Below, in pieces: positions 1 to 9,695 of a stretch of 64,000 bases of DNA. The notes beneath the pieces were generated by a model. That model was not told where the DNA came from and searched no databases. It saw only the letters and a list, made by a program, of their open reading frames with translations. How positions within the stretch are numbered: the stretch's first letter is position 1; each line of letters opens with the position of its first letter. The stretch spans positions 2,272,001-2,336,000 of the forward strand of contig CAWHDR010000001.1 in assembly GCA_963828165.1 (NCBI GenBank), given 5' to 3'. Source of the DNA: an uncultured Chloroflexia bacterium. Lineage in GTDB: Bacteria > Chloroflexota > Limnocylindria > Limnocylindrales > CSP1-4. The translations under genes were made by a program, and so were the position numbers.

Positions 1-173
1 GAGAAGCCGGCCTCGCGAGCGGCCAGGCCATAGACGAACCCGAACCCGACCGCCGCGACGGCGATCCCGAGCGCATCCATGAGGAGCCGACGCCGACTCT
101 CGGCGAGCACGGTCGGATCGACGAGTGCTTCGGGGGCTTGGAGGGCCGCGCGGTCGGGCAGGGGATCGGTCAC
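1..173 (-). CDS. AzlC-family branched-chain amino acid permease, N-terminal part (runs off the window)
   Basis: Manual translation from GTG at 173: MTDPLPD...RRRLLMDALGIAVAAVGFGFVYGLAAREAGFS, resembling the AzlC N-terminus; not in the ORF track. Confidence 0.7.
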   Translation of the reverse strand, partial: MTDPLPDRAALQAPEALVDPTVLAESRRRLLMDALGIAVAAVGFGFVYGLAAREAGF

Positions 174-226
174 GGTCGCCTAGCGTAAGAAACTCTGGAC
201 GAGCGTCGGGGGGCGCCGGTTCGCCG

Positions 227-499
227 CTAGCGCAGGAAGGTCTTTGCGCAGGTGCCGTCGCAGACGACGAAGACCGCGTGCTTCTCCGCGGAATAGCCGG
301 CGGCGTGCAGCAGACCCGCGCAGCCCGGCGTCGGGCACTTCCAGACCCACCATCTCTCGCGCACATCGGGCGGTGTCGATTCGGCTGCGAGCGTGTCGGC
401 CAGGCCCTCACGCTCCGCGACGAGACGCGCGACCGCCGCGGCCCGATCGGCCTCGGTCTCGCTGGTGTACGGATAGTTCTGCCCGACGTTCGAAGTCAC
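227..499 (-). CDS. Small (90 aa) Cys-rich hypothetical protein, possible zinc ribbon
   Basis: AGAGGAG RBS before GTG at 499; C-terminal WWVWKCPTPGCAGLLH...CDGTC. Confidence 0.7.
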   Translation of the reverse strand: MTSNVGQNYPYTSETEADRAAAVARLVAEREGLADTLAAESTPPDVRERWWVWKCPTPGCAGLLHAAGYSAEKHAVFVVCDGTCAKTFLR

Positions 500-612
500 G
501 GGGCTCCTCTGGTGCGGCGCGCCAACTGTTGGCGTGAACAAGGACGGCGCTCGTCATCTGGCGCTACCGGCGTTAGAGGAACGGCGCTCGCCAGATCGCG
601 GTCAAAGGTACG

Positions 613-731
613 GCGCTCGCCGAGGGGCGGTCCTGGGGAAGGCCGGAGCGAGGAGTGGAGCGGCGCACTGAGGTGCGTGAGCGAACCCCGAAGCTTCCAA
701 CGCAGCCCTGGGCCGTCCCCTTGGCGAGCGC
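613..731. repeat. Palindromic intergenic element, copy A of a dispersed family
   Basis: Long imperfect hairpin GCGCTCGCCGAGGGG...CCCCTTGGCGAGCGC; minus-strand core GCGTTG-N14-CGCTCACGCACC-loop-GTGCGC-CGCTCC shared with the copies at 23.2 kb and 58.8 kb. Confidence 0.7.
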
Positions 732-798
732 AACCGGTGGCGGCGGTGTGTGAGCGCTGCTGCCACCGGTCGGCGGAGTATCGCATATAGGCAAGGGC

Positions 799-2469
799 CT
801 ACCAAACCGCCGGCAACCCCTCGCTGCGCGGGTCTGTCGCGGCCGCGAGCGTGCCACCCGGTTCCGCCGGCCCGCCGGCGACGAGCTCGATCGCATGCTC
901 GTGGCCAAGGTTCGAGTCGAAGGCAGCGGTCGGCACCAGGTCGTGGCCGAGGGCGCGCAGCGTGTCGTCGATGCCGTCCGCATGCCGCGGCTCCAGGTAG
1001 ACGGCCGTCGGTGGCGCGAAGTGATCGGCGGGCTCGATGTAGAAACGCGGCGCGGCGATCGCGGTCCGGATGTCGAGCCCGCCGTCCACGACGGCGCTGA
1101 CGAACTGGGCGTGGATCTGGGGCTGGGCATCACCGCCCATCGAGCCGATGACGATCCACGGCCCGGCTCGATCGCTCCGGAACAGCATCCCGGGGAGCAG
1201 CGTGCTCAGCGTTCGCTTCCAGGGTTCGAGGATGTTCGGGTGCCCCTCGTCCAGGCTGAAGTAGCTGCCCCGGTTCTGGTAGTGGATCCCGGTCTCCGGA
1301 TCGACGACGCCGGAGCCGAAACCCAGGTAGTTCGACTCGATGAGGCTCACCGCGTTGCCGGCGCTGTCCACCGTGGCCAGGTACACCGTGCCGCCGCCGA
1401 CCGGGTTGGACGCAGCCTGTGGTGCGCTGGCCCGCGTCAGGTCGATCCTCACCGCCAGATCCGCGAGCCGGTCCCGGTCCAGGAGCAACTCGACCGGCAC
1501 CTCGTGCGCCGTCGGGTCGGTCAGGTGGGCGTCGCGATCGGCCATGGCGATCTTGGCGGCCTCCAGATGCAGGTGGATCCAGCGTGCGTCCGCGACACCT
1601 TCCGGCCCGAAGGCCGCCGGGCCCGGCGGCTCGAATCGCTCCAGCAGGCCGAGCAGCTCGAGCGCGACGAGACCGGAGCTGTTCGGCGCGTGGGTCGTCA
1701 CGCGGACACCGCGGTAGTCGATCGAGATCGGTTCGCCCCATGTCGACGTGTGCTCGCGCAGGTCCTCGACCCGGATCGGCGATCCCGCGGCGGCGAGGCC
1801 CCGCGCCTGGCGCTCTCCGAGGTCGCCGTCGTAAAAGGCATCGAAGCCCTCGCGCGCCAGCGTCTCGAGCGTGTCCGCCAGCGCCGCCAGTCGCACGCGC
1901 TCGCCGGGCAGCCAGGGGCGTCCTTGCGGGCGGTACACCGCAGCAAATCCGGCCCCGGAACCGGGCTCGTCCGCGAGCAGCCGCGCTGTCCCTTCGACGC
2001 TATCGATGAACTCGCCCCAGGCCGGGAAGCCATCCCGAGCGAGCTCGATGGCCGGGGCCAGCAGCTCGGCAGGAGTCAGGCACCCGTATCTCTCGTGAGC
2101 GTCAGCCCAGGATCGGACCGCCCCCGGGACCGTGATCGTGAGCGGCCCCCGGCGGGGCATCGTCGTCACACCGCGCTCGCGCAGCGTCGCGGCATCGATC
2201 GCGCGGGCGCTCCGGCCCGATCCATTGAGCGCGACCTGGCGTGATTCCGCCCCGTCCCAGATCAACCAGAACGCATCCCCGCCGATGCCGCAATGGTTCG
2301 GCACGACCACCCCGAGCACGGCGTTCGTCGCGATCGCCGCGTCAACGGCCGATCCGCCGATGCGCAGGATATGGAGGCCGGCGGCCGTCGCCAGGTGATG
2401 TGGGGCCACGACCGCTCCGCGCGCCCCACGGGCCAGTGGCACCGGACTCCACGGGTGCCCGTCGATCAA
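799..2469 (-). CDS. ggt: Gamma-glutamyltransferase family protein
   Basis: GGSAVDAAIA, GIGGDAF, TVPG, catalytic Thr context GGGTVYLATVD, GSMGGDAQPQ, DPRSEG. Confidence 0.92.
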   Translation of the reverse strand: MIDGHPWSPVPLARGARGAVVAPHHLATAAGLHILRIGGSAVDAAIATNAVLGVVVPNHCGIGGDAFWLIWDGAESRQVALNGSGRSARAIDAATLRERGVTTMPRRGPLTITVPGAVRSWADAHERYGCLTPAELLAPAIELARDGFPAWGEFIDSVEGTARLLADEPGSGAGFAAVYRPQGRPWLPGERVRLAALADTLETLAREGFDAFYDGDLGERQARGLAAAGSPIRVEDLREHTSTWGEPISIDYRGVRVTTHAPNSSGLVALELLGLLERFEPPGPAAFGPEGVADARWIHLHLEAAKIAMADRDAHLTDPTAHEVPVELLLDRDRLADLAVRIDLTRASAPQAASNPVGGGTVYLATVDSAGNAVSLIESNYLGFGSGVVDPETGIHYQNRGSYFSLDEGHPNILEPWKRTLSTLLPGMLFRSDRAGPWIVIGSMGGDAQPQIHAQFVSAVVDGGLDIRTAIAAPRFYIEPADHFAPPTAVYLEPRHADGIDDTLRALGHDLVPTAAFDSNLGHEHAIELVAGGPAEPGGTLAAATDPRSEGLPAVW

Positions 2470-3773
2470 CCGATCATCCCGCTCACTGGGTCCTCGGCCC
2501 GTCGCAGGCGGGCCAACGGCAGCAAGGCCACGAGCAGGAGCACCCCGGTCGCGACCAGCATCCCGTCGATGCCGGCAGCCTCGGCCGCAAAGCCGCCGAT
2601 CAGGGCGCCGATGATCTGCCCGATCGCGAGGAACACCGAATAGAGGCCCATGATCGCGCCGCGGTCGTCGGGAAAGCGCTCGGAGATGTCGGCCAGGAGC
2701 CCCAACGCCGCGGGTGTCGCCCCCGCCATCACGAACAGCCCGAAGGCGGCCAGGGCCGCGGCCGCCACCAGGACGGCGAGCGGCAAGCCCTGGCCGTGGT
2801 TCACGACCATCGCCGCCCCGACGAGCCCGCCTCCGCCGAGGATCCCATACAGGATGATCGACGTGCGCCGGGTGTTCTTGAAGCGGTTACCCCAGTACAG
2901 CAAGCCGAGCCCGAAGATGATCCCGATCACCAGGACCGCGGCCGAGATCTGGACCGCCCCGAAGCCGCGCATCAGCGACTGGTCCGGAAAATCCGGGTTC
3001 GCCTGGGCGAACTGGAAGATCGACTGGCTGAACCACAGCCCGATCGACGCATTGACCGCGATCCAGGTCGGTGCCAGGAGCCAGACATGGCTGCTGCGGA
3101 GCAGCTCCAGGTACCGGCCGAACCCAACGTGCTCCGACCGCGCGGCGCTCGCGTCGCCCGCCGGGTCCTTGACGGTCAGGAAGATGAGGAACGAGACGGC
3201 GTAGAGCACGGCGTTGAGGAAGAACGCCGTCGGGCCGAACAGGGCGAAAACGACCGGGGCCGCCCCGAAGCCAGCACCCAGGCCGAGCAGCGTCGCGCCC
3301 TCGAACCGGGCGGCGGCCTTGCCCCGGAGCAGCTCGTCACCGGCGGTGACCATGGCGATGTAGCCCAGGATCGACGGGATGCTCGCCGCGGTCGACGCCC
3401 CCTCGAGGACACGCGTCAACCCCAGGACGACCAGGCTGCCGGTGATCGGCGCGAGGACGAGGGCCAGCGGGTCCGGCAACCCCAGGTCGGCGGTGAAGCC
3501 GGTCATGATCACGGCCACGGCGCCGAAGATCGGTCCGTAGAGCATCACCCGGTGATGGCCCTGGCGGTCGGACAGGATCCCGAAGATCGGCGACAGCACG
3601 AGTTCGGCGAGATAGAACAGGGCGCCGAACACGCCCAGCACGATCGCGCCGACGGCCGGGCCGCCATGTTCGGGGAGGGTCGCGAGGTAGACGCCGAGCA
3701 TCGCCCCGGTGAGCCCGGTGCTGAAGCGCAGCGAGAAAGTGCCGGCCAGCACGGCCCACAGCGGTCGATCCAT
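2466..3773 (-). CDS. MFS transporter
   Basis: About 12 hydrophobic segments, motif A-like GILSDRQGHH; start could be 3782. Confidence 0.88.
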   Translation of the reverse strand: MDRPLWAVLAGTFSLRFSTGLTGAMLGVYLATLPEHGGPAVGAIVLGVFGALFYLAELVLSPIFGILSDRQGHHRVMLYGPIFGAVAVIMTGFTADLGLPDPLALVLAPITGSLVVLGLTRVLEGASTAASIPSILGYIAMVTAGDELLRGKAAARFEGATLLGLGAGFGAAPVVFALFGPTAFFLNAVLYAVSFLIFLTVKDPAGDASAARSEHVGFGRYLELLRSSHVWLLAPTWIAVNASIGLWFSQSIFQFAQANPDFPDQSLMRGFGAVQISAAVLVIGIIFGLGLLYWGNRFKNTRRTSIILYGILGGGGLVGAAMVVNHGQGLPLAVLVAAAALAAFGLFVMAGATPAALGLLADISERFPDDRGAIMGLYSVFLAIGQIIGALIGGFAAEAAGIDGMLVATGVLLLVALLPLARLRRAEDPVSGMIG

Positions 3774-3868
3774 GTGCTGCACAGCCTACCGGTTGCGGCC
3801 TCGACCGGGCCCGTATCATGCCGGAAACGCCACACGCTCCGGTTCGGTCCCCTGAGGAGGAGCCACCC

Positions 3869-4732
3869 TTGAGTCGCGTCGCGATCTTCACCGATTCGGC
3901 GTCGGATCTTGACCCGGCCGAGGCCGAGGCGTCGGGCATCCACGTCATCCCGTTGCTGGTCAGCTTCGGTGACACGACGTTCAAGGCCGGAGTCGATCTG
4001 AGCGGCCCCGCCTTCTGGGACCGGATGGTGGCGCCGGATGCGCCGTTCCCCACGACCGCGGCGTCGTCGCCCGGCGACTTCAAGGCGGCGTATGAGGCCG
4101 CGTTCGCCGCCGGTGCCGAGGCGATCGTCTCGATCCATGTCGCCGGCACGCTGTCGGGCACCATCAAGAGCGCCCAGATCGCACGCGACATGCTGCCGGA
4201 CCGGGAGATCCATATCGTCGATTCCCAGGGCGCATCGATGGCGCAGGGCATCCTCGCCCAGATGGGCGTCGAGATGGCTGCGGCCGACCGCCCGGCCGCC
4301 GAGATCGCCGAGATGCTCGAGGCGCGGGCACCGGACATGCTCATGTATGTCGCGCTCGAGACGCTCGAATACCTGAAGAAGGGTGGCCGGATCAGCGGCG
4401 CCCAGGCGGCCATCGGCACGCTGCTGTCGGTCAAGCCGATCATCAAGGTCAAGCACGGCGTGGTCACCACCGCCGACCGGGTCCGCACGCGCTCAAAGGT
4501 CCGCGAGCGCCTGATCGAGCTCATCACGGAAGCGCCGATCGAACGGCTGGTCATCCTCCACACGACCTCCGCGGACGTCGAGGCGTTCCGCGAGGAGATG
4601 CTGCGACGCCTGCCGCATCTGAAACCTGAAGACGTTCCCGTGGCGCTTGTCGGGGCGTCGGTCGGGCCGCACCTGGGGCCGGGCTGTGTCGGCGCCGCGA
4701 TCCTGTACAAGCCGGGTGGCGCCCCCGCGTGA
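3869..4732 (+). CDS. DegV family fatty-acid-binding protein
   Basis: IFTDSASDL, LSGT, VDS, LEYLKKGGRI, HLGPG; TTG start after GAGGAGGAG. Confidence 0.92.
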   Translation: MSRVAIFTDSASDLDPAEAEASGIHVIPLLVSFGDTTFKAGVDLSGPAFWDRMVAPDAPFPTTAASSPGDFKAAYEAAFAAGAEAIVSIHVAGTLSGTIKSAQIARDMLPDREIHIVDSQGASMAQGILAQMGVEMAAADRPAAEIAEMLEARAPDMLMYVALETLEYLKKGGRISGAQAAIGTLLSVKPIIKVKHGVVTTADRVRTRSKVRERLIELITEAPIERLVILHTTSADVEAFREEMLRRLPHLKPEDVPVALVGASVGPHLGPGCVGAAILYKPGGAPA

Positions 4733-4949
4733 AGGTTGCGGTGAGGTTGCGACAACCTTGCCGACCGGTACCATCGGGGAGGCGCGTCCAGCCGACCTCC
4801 GGCTATACTCGGCGCCGCATGAGTCGCGCGTCGAAGTCCGGCGAAATCGCCCAAGAACCTTCGACACGCCCCGTGGGGTCGTCCGGGAGACGGCCCACAC
4901 ACGACGAGGCGACCCGGGACGGGCGCCCGACACGGAGGTTCTCCCTTCC

Positions 4950-6215
4950 ATGACCACCGAGCACGTCGCTGCGCGAATCAACGCGTGGGAAGTCGCACAG
5001 CGACAGTTCGATCTCGCCGCAGAGCGTCTCGACCTGGACGCCGGGATGCGGCTCGTCCTTCGCGAGCCGCGGCGCGAATTCACCTGCCACTTCCCGGTTC
5101 ACATGGACGACGGGTCGGTGCAGGTCTTCACCGGCTATCGCGTCCAGCACAACCTGGGCCGTGGTCCGGCCAAGGGCGGGATCCGCTACCACCAGGATGT
5201 CTCGCTCGACGAGGTCAAGGCCCTGGCGATGTGGATGACCTGGAAGTGCGCGGTCGTCGGGATCCCATACGGCGGCGGCAAGGGCGGCGTCATCGTCGAT
5301 CCCAAGAAGCTCAGCCAGAAGGAGCTCGAGGGCCTGACCCGCCGGTTCTTCACCGAGATCGAGGTCCTGGTCGGCCCCGAGAAGGACATCCCGGCCCCGG
5401 ACGTCAACACCAACGCCCAGATCATGGCCTGGATGATGGATACCTATTCCATGCATGCGGGCTACACGGTCCCGGGCGTCGTGACCGGCAAGCCGATCAG
5501 CCTGGGTGGCTCAGAGGGCCGCAACGAGGCGACGGCCCGCGGCACGGTCTTCTGCGTCATCGAAGCCGTCGCGCACCTCGGGATGGACCTGACCAAGTCG
5601 AAGGTGGCGATCCAGGGCTTCGGCAACGCGGGCGCGATCGCGGCCAGGCTCATCGCCCAGGAGGGTGCGACGGTCGTCGCCGTGTCGGATTCGACCGGTG
5701 GCATCCACGCCGCGGGCGGCCTCGACGTCGCGAAGGTGGTCGGCTGGAAGCAGGAGCACGGCACGGTCCAGGGCTTCCCGGGCGCGGACGACGTCTCCAA
5801 CGCCGATGTCCTCGAGGTCGACTGCGACATCCTCATCCCCGCAGCCCTGGAGAACCAGATCACGTCGCGGAACGCCCGCAACATCAAGGCGAAGATCATC
5901 GCCGAGGCAGCCAACGGCCCGACCACGCCGGAAGCGGACGAGATCCTCTACGACGCCGGCAAGTTCATGATCCCGGACATCCTGTGCAACGCCGGGGGCG
6001 TCACGGTCAGCTACTTCGAATGGGTGCAGGACCTCAACCGCGACCACTGGAGCGAGGCGGTCGTGAACGCCAAGCTAAAGGACATCATGGTCAAGGCGTT
6101 CGGGGAGACGCTTGCGATGATGCAGCGCGAGGAGGTCAACATGCGGACCGCCGCGTACCTGCTCGCCGTGAAGCGCGTCGCGGACGCCATGGAGATGCGC
6201 GGCCTGTACCCCTAG
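4950..6215 (+). CDS. gdhA: Glu/Leu/Phe/Val dehydrogenase (glutamate dehydrogenase)
   Basis: GPAKGGIRYH, MTWKCA, GGGKGG, DIPAPDVNT, QGFGNAG, EAANGPT, NAGGVTVSYFEW; GGAGG RBS. Confidence 0.93.
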   Translation: MTTEHVAARINAWEVAQRQFDLAAERLDLDAGMRLVLREPRREFTCHFPVHMDDGSVQVFTGYRVQHNLGRGPAKGGIRYHQDVSLDEVKALAMWMTWKCAVVGIPYGGGKGGVIVDPKKLSQKELEGLTRRFFTEIEVLVGPEKDIPAPDVNTNAQIMAWMMDTYSMHAGYTVPGVVTGKPISLGGSEGRNEATARGTVFCVIEAVAHLGMDLTKSKVAIQGFGNAGAIAARLIAQEGATVVAVSDSTGGIHAAGGLDVAKVVGWKQEHGTVQGFPGADDVSNADVLEVDCDILIPAALENQITSRNARNIKAKIIAEAANGPTTPEADEILYDAGKFMIPDILCNAGGVTVSYFEWVQDLNRDHWSEAVVNAKLKDIMVKAFGETLAMMQREEVNMRTAAYLLAVKRVADAMEMRGLYP

Positions 6216-6462
6216 GGCGTCGGGCCTGGTTGCGCCGCCCCATAGACCCGCCAGCCGTCGGTGCGCACGGCGCGCATTCATTCCAGCCAACGCGATCGTG
6301 GTTGCCGTTGGTCCGGTGCATGACACGCACCGGACCGGACCCGGTCCGCGAGATGCGGTCGATCTGGTGCGTGGCACGGCCATGAACGTCAGGTTGGTCC
6401 CGGTCGATGGCCGGAATGGTCGCCGGGGCGCACGGGGCCGCGCCTGTTACGGGTCAGGCCAG

Positions 6463-6626
6463 CGAAGGACGCGTGGGAGATCACGCAATGGGACGTGCGG
6501 ACGCGTCTCCCGTGCACCGGGTGCTCGTATCAGCGACCGAACGACGTCACGTTCGTTGATCGTGCATCCGATGCCCGCGTTCGCGGTGGAACACCATGAT
6601 CCGTGGTCCTCGGACGCGTTCCTTCG
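6463..6626 (+). other. Long rod-like imperfect hairpin (candidate ncRNA or palindromic element)
   Basis: Nested pairings CGAAGGACGCGT/ACGCGTTCCTTCG, GCGGACGCG/CGCGTTCGC, GCACCGGGTGC/GCATCCGATGC, ATCAGCGA/TCGTTGAT. Confidence 0.45.
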
Positions 6627-6710
6627 TCGATAGGCGCGCGGGGTGCATGAAGGATCGATGCCACGACAACGCGCCAGGGCACGCCCCGGCCCGGTGCTAC
6701 CATCGCGGCC

Positions 6711-7316
6711 ATGCTCGACCACGAAGAGAAATTCCTGTTCAAAGAGGAGATCCTCCACCTGTCGAACGCGGTGGCGGAGCCCGGCATCCTCGACAACGTC
6801 GAGGATCTGCTGACCGACGTCATCACGAGCCCGCGGTTCGATTCGGAGGTCTTCACGCTCGAGCGCAGCCTGCAGGTCATGCTCGGGCCGCGCGCGGGGA
6901 CGACGCTGGTCGGGCTGCTGACGGTCGCACCGGAGGTCTTCGACGAGGTCGCCGAGGTGCGCATCCCGTCCGAGGTCCACGAGCGGCTGGTCGCGTGGCG
7001 GGCGCGCTTCGGCCTCGCGATCGACAACGCGCTGAACTTCCTCAACAACCCTGACGGGATCCAGGGTCACAACTTCGCGACCCAGGTCGCGCATGTCGAA
7101 GAGCGTCGCGTCCTCCAGGGGCGCCTGACGCTGGTCCGCTACAACAACGAGCCGCAGTTCTTCGTGGCCGACGCGAGCGTCTTTTTCGGGCTCGTCGTCG
7201 ACATCCTCGAGCGGCTCGGCCCGTACCTCGAGCCTGACGCGGTCGATGCCGAGACGGTCGCTCGACTGCGCGACGCGCTCGGCCTGGTCGAGCGCAAGAC
7301 GGGCACGCACAGCTGA
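6711..7316 (+). CDS. Hypothetical protein (201 aa)
   Basis: GC3-biased ORF with protein-like composition; TG-C-TACCAT 7 nt upstream of ATG. Confidence 0.8.
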   Translation: MLDHEEKFLFKEEILHLSNAVAEPGILDNVEDLLTDVITSPRFDSEVFTLERSLQVMLGPRAGTTLVGLLTVAPEVFDEVAEVRIPSEVHERLVAWRARFGLAIDNALNFLNNPDGIQGHNFATQVAHVEERRVLQGRLTLVRYNNEPQFFVADASVFFGLVVDILERLGPYLEPDAVDAETVARLRDALGLVERKTGTHS

Positions 7317-7351
7317 GAATTTCGGGCTGATGGCGCACGGGGCCGCCTGAA

Positions 7352-8476
7352 ATGCGCCACGTCTACCTCGCGGCGACCGGGCAGAACCGTGGCAAGACCA
7401 CGCTCAGCCTCGGGGTCATGGACGGGTTCGGGCGCCGTGGCCTCTCGACCGGGTTCATCAAGCCGGTCGGGCAGCGAACGGTCATCGAGGATGGCGTCCC
7501 CGCGGACGAGGACGCCGTCCTCATGAAGAGCGTCTTCGACCTCGCCGAGCCCTTGCAGCAGATGAGCCCGGTCCACATCCCGCGTGGGTTCACGCAGAGC
7601 TACATCGACGGCAGGGTCGTCGAGGACCTCCCCAGCCGGATCGCGGCCGCCCACTCCCAGTTCGCCGCCGACCGCGACATGCTGCTCATCGAGGGGACCG
7701 GGCACGCAGGCGTCGGCGCCGTCATCGGGCTGTCGAACGCCCAGGTGGCCGCGATGCTCGGTTCGCCGGCGGTGATCGTGTCCGAGGGCGGCGTCGGCCG
7801 CCCGATCGATGAGATCGTGCTGAACAAGGCCCTGTTCGAGCGCGCGGGCGTCCACGTCGCGGGGGCCATCGTCAACAAGGTCGACCTCCTCGCCAAGCCC
7901 GATCTCGCGAGGACCCTGGAGCGCGGACTGGCGCGCCACGGCATCACGCTGCTCGGCGTCCTCCCGTATCGCCCGATCCTGTCGAATCCGACGCTGTCGA
8001 TGGTCCTCGAGGGCGTCCACGGCGAGACGATCCACCCGGGACCGGACCTGGATCAGGTGATCGGCGGCGTTGCGATCGGCGCCATGGAGCCGCAGCACAT
8101 GCTCCAGCGCATCGGGCCCGGAGCGCTCGTCATCGTGCCCGGCGACCGCGAGGACGTGATCGCCGCGATCGTCCACGCGCGGCGGGTCGGGGCGGAAGCC
8201 GGAGGCGACGCCCTGGGACTCGTGCTGACCGGGGGCTACCGGCCGCGCAAACCGGTGCTCGAGGCGATCCGCGCGGCGGACCTCTTCGCGACCATCGTGC
8301 CCGAGGACACCTACGCCGTGGCGTCCGAGGTCCACGACCTCCTCGTCAAGACGCACGCAGCCGACCGGGGCAAGATCGAGGAGATCAAGGCGCTCGTGTG
8401 GGAATACCTGTTCATCGACCGGATCCTCGACGTCGCCACTGAAGCGGAGGTTCGCCCCTCTCCGGCGACGGCCTAG
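7352..8476 (+). CDS. BioD-like P-loop plus DRTGG domain protein (phosphotransacetylase N-terminal family)
   Basis: ATGQNRGKTT P-loop, FIKPVG, LIEGTGH, NKV, PGDRED, LVLTGG. Confidence 0.85.
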   Translation: MRHVYLAATGQNRGKTTLSLGVMDGFGRRGLSTGFIKPVGQRTVIEDGVPADEDAVLMKSVFDLAEPLQQMSPVHIPRGFTQSYIDGRVVEDLPSRIAAAHSQFAADRDMLLIEGTGHAGVGAVIGLSNAQVAAMLGSPAVIVSEGGVGRPIDEIVLNKALFERAGVHVAGAIVNKVDLLAKPDLARTLERGLARHGITLLGVLPYRPILSNPTLSMVLEGVHGETIHPGPDLDQVIGGVAIGAMEPQHMLQRIGPGALVIVPGDREDVIAAIVHARRVGAEAGGDALGLVLTGGYRPRKPVLEAIRAADLFATIVPEDTYAVASEVHDLLVKTHAADRGKIEEIKALVWEYLFIDRILDVATEAEVRPSPATA

Positions 8477-8538
8477 CCGACGCGGGGGCGGCGGGGCAGG
8501 GGGCGCCGGAGCGAACCGGCCTTGCTCCGACTTCGGGT

Positions 8539-8638
8539 GTCAGCCTGAGACACCATATCGCCACAGCCGTGCGCGACCGACTAGCCCACGTCAGCCTCAG
8601 ACACCATCACGCCACAGATCAGCATGACCGATTGCCCA
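8539..8638. repeat. Two imperfect ~50-bp tandem direct repeats (period 51)
   Basis: GTCAGCCTgAGACACCATatCGCCACAG...GACCGActaGCCCA and GTCAGCCTcAGACACCATcaCGCCACAG...GACCGAttGCCCA. Confidence 0.7.
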
Positions 8639-8798
8639 GATCGCAGAAATCGTCATATGAGGCGATCGACCACGAGCGACCTGTTCTGAATTTGTCACTG
8701 ACATTGACACGGTTCGATCGGCCCTGCGGCCGTGCGGTGGGCGGGCCGGCGCCGGTCGGGGCCGCGGCCGGCGCCCGCCCGTCCATCACCTACAACCG

Positions 8799-9675
8799 TC
8801 AGGCAAACGAGGTTCCCGTCGTCGGGTCCAGGATCTCGTTGTCGATGAGGCGAGTCGAGCCGAAGCGAACGGCCAGCGAGGCCAGCGCCGGCCGGTCGAC
8901 GCTCGTGAGCTCCTGCAGCGTCATCGCATCGGCGATGGAGACGTACTCGACGTCCACCAACGGCTCTGCTGTCAGCGTCTCGAACATCTGGTCGCGGAGC
9001 CGCTCGGCGTCCCGCTCGCCTGTTCGCCACGCATCGCGCGCCGCCACGAGCGCCCGCCTCAGGACCGGCGCCGCGGCGCGCTCATCCGGGGTCAGGTGCA
9101 CGTTCCGCGACGAGAGCGCCAAGCCGTCCGGCTCGCGGATCGTGGGACACGTCACGACCTCCGTCCCGATCGCGAGGTCGCGCGCCATCTGGCGGATCAC
9201 CATCACCTGCTGCGCGTCCTTCTGGCCGAAATACGCGCGTTCTGCCCCGACCAGGTCGAACAGGATCGCCACGACGGTCGCCACACCGTCGAAATGTCCC
9301 GGCCTCGCCGCGCCCTCCAACGGCAGAGCGACCGCCCCGACCGAAACCGTGGTCGCGAAACCCGGCGGGTAGATCTCCTCCACGTCCGGGCGCGAAGACC
9401 AGGTCGACCCCTTCCGCCTCGCACATCGCCAGGTCGTGCGCCTCGTTACGGGGGTAGCGCGTGAAGTCGGACGCGACGTTGAACTGGCGGGGATTGACGA
9501 AGATCGAGACCACGACCGTCGCGTTCTCGGCGCGCGAAGCCCGCATCAGCGCGCGATGGCCCTCGTGCAGCCAGCCCATCGTCGGCACGAGCCCGACCGG
9601 CCGTGGCGCATCGGCGAGGGCCGCCCGCAGTTCGGCGCGTGTGCGCACGACCGTCGTCTTGGCAACCTCAGTCAT
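8799..9675 (-). pseudogene. panC: Pantoate--beta-alanine ligase, split by a 1-nt frameshift near 9386-9390 (may be a sequencing error)
   Basis: N-half VPTMGWLHEGH, SIFVNPRQF, YPR; C-half EG..RPGHFDGV, FGQKDAQQ, GLALSSRN, RLIDN; removing one base restores FAPDVEEIYP. Confidence 0.9.
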
Positions 9676-9695
9676 CGGTCGTATTCGGGGATCAG

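Noticed and set aside
544-619. Three ACGGCGCTCG copies as a possible CRISPR array
   Set aside because: Repeat is only 10 bp with irregular spacing (37 and 29) and there are no cas genes
510-780. Possible RNase P RNA or tmRNA in the structured gap
   Set aside because: No GAGGAAAGTCC or P4 motifs and no tRNA-like ends
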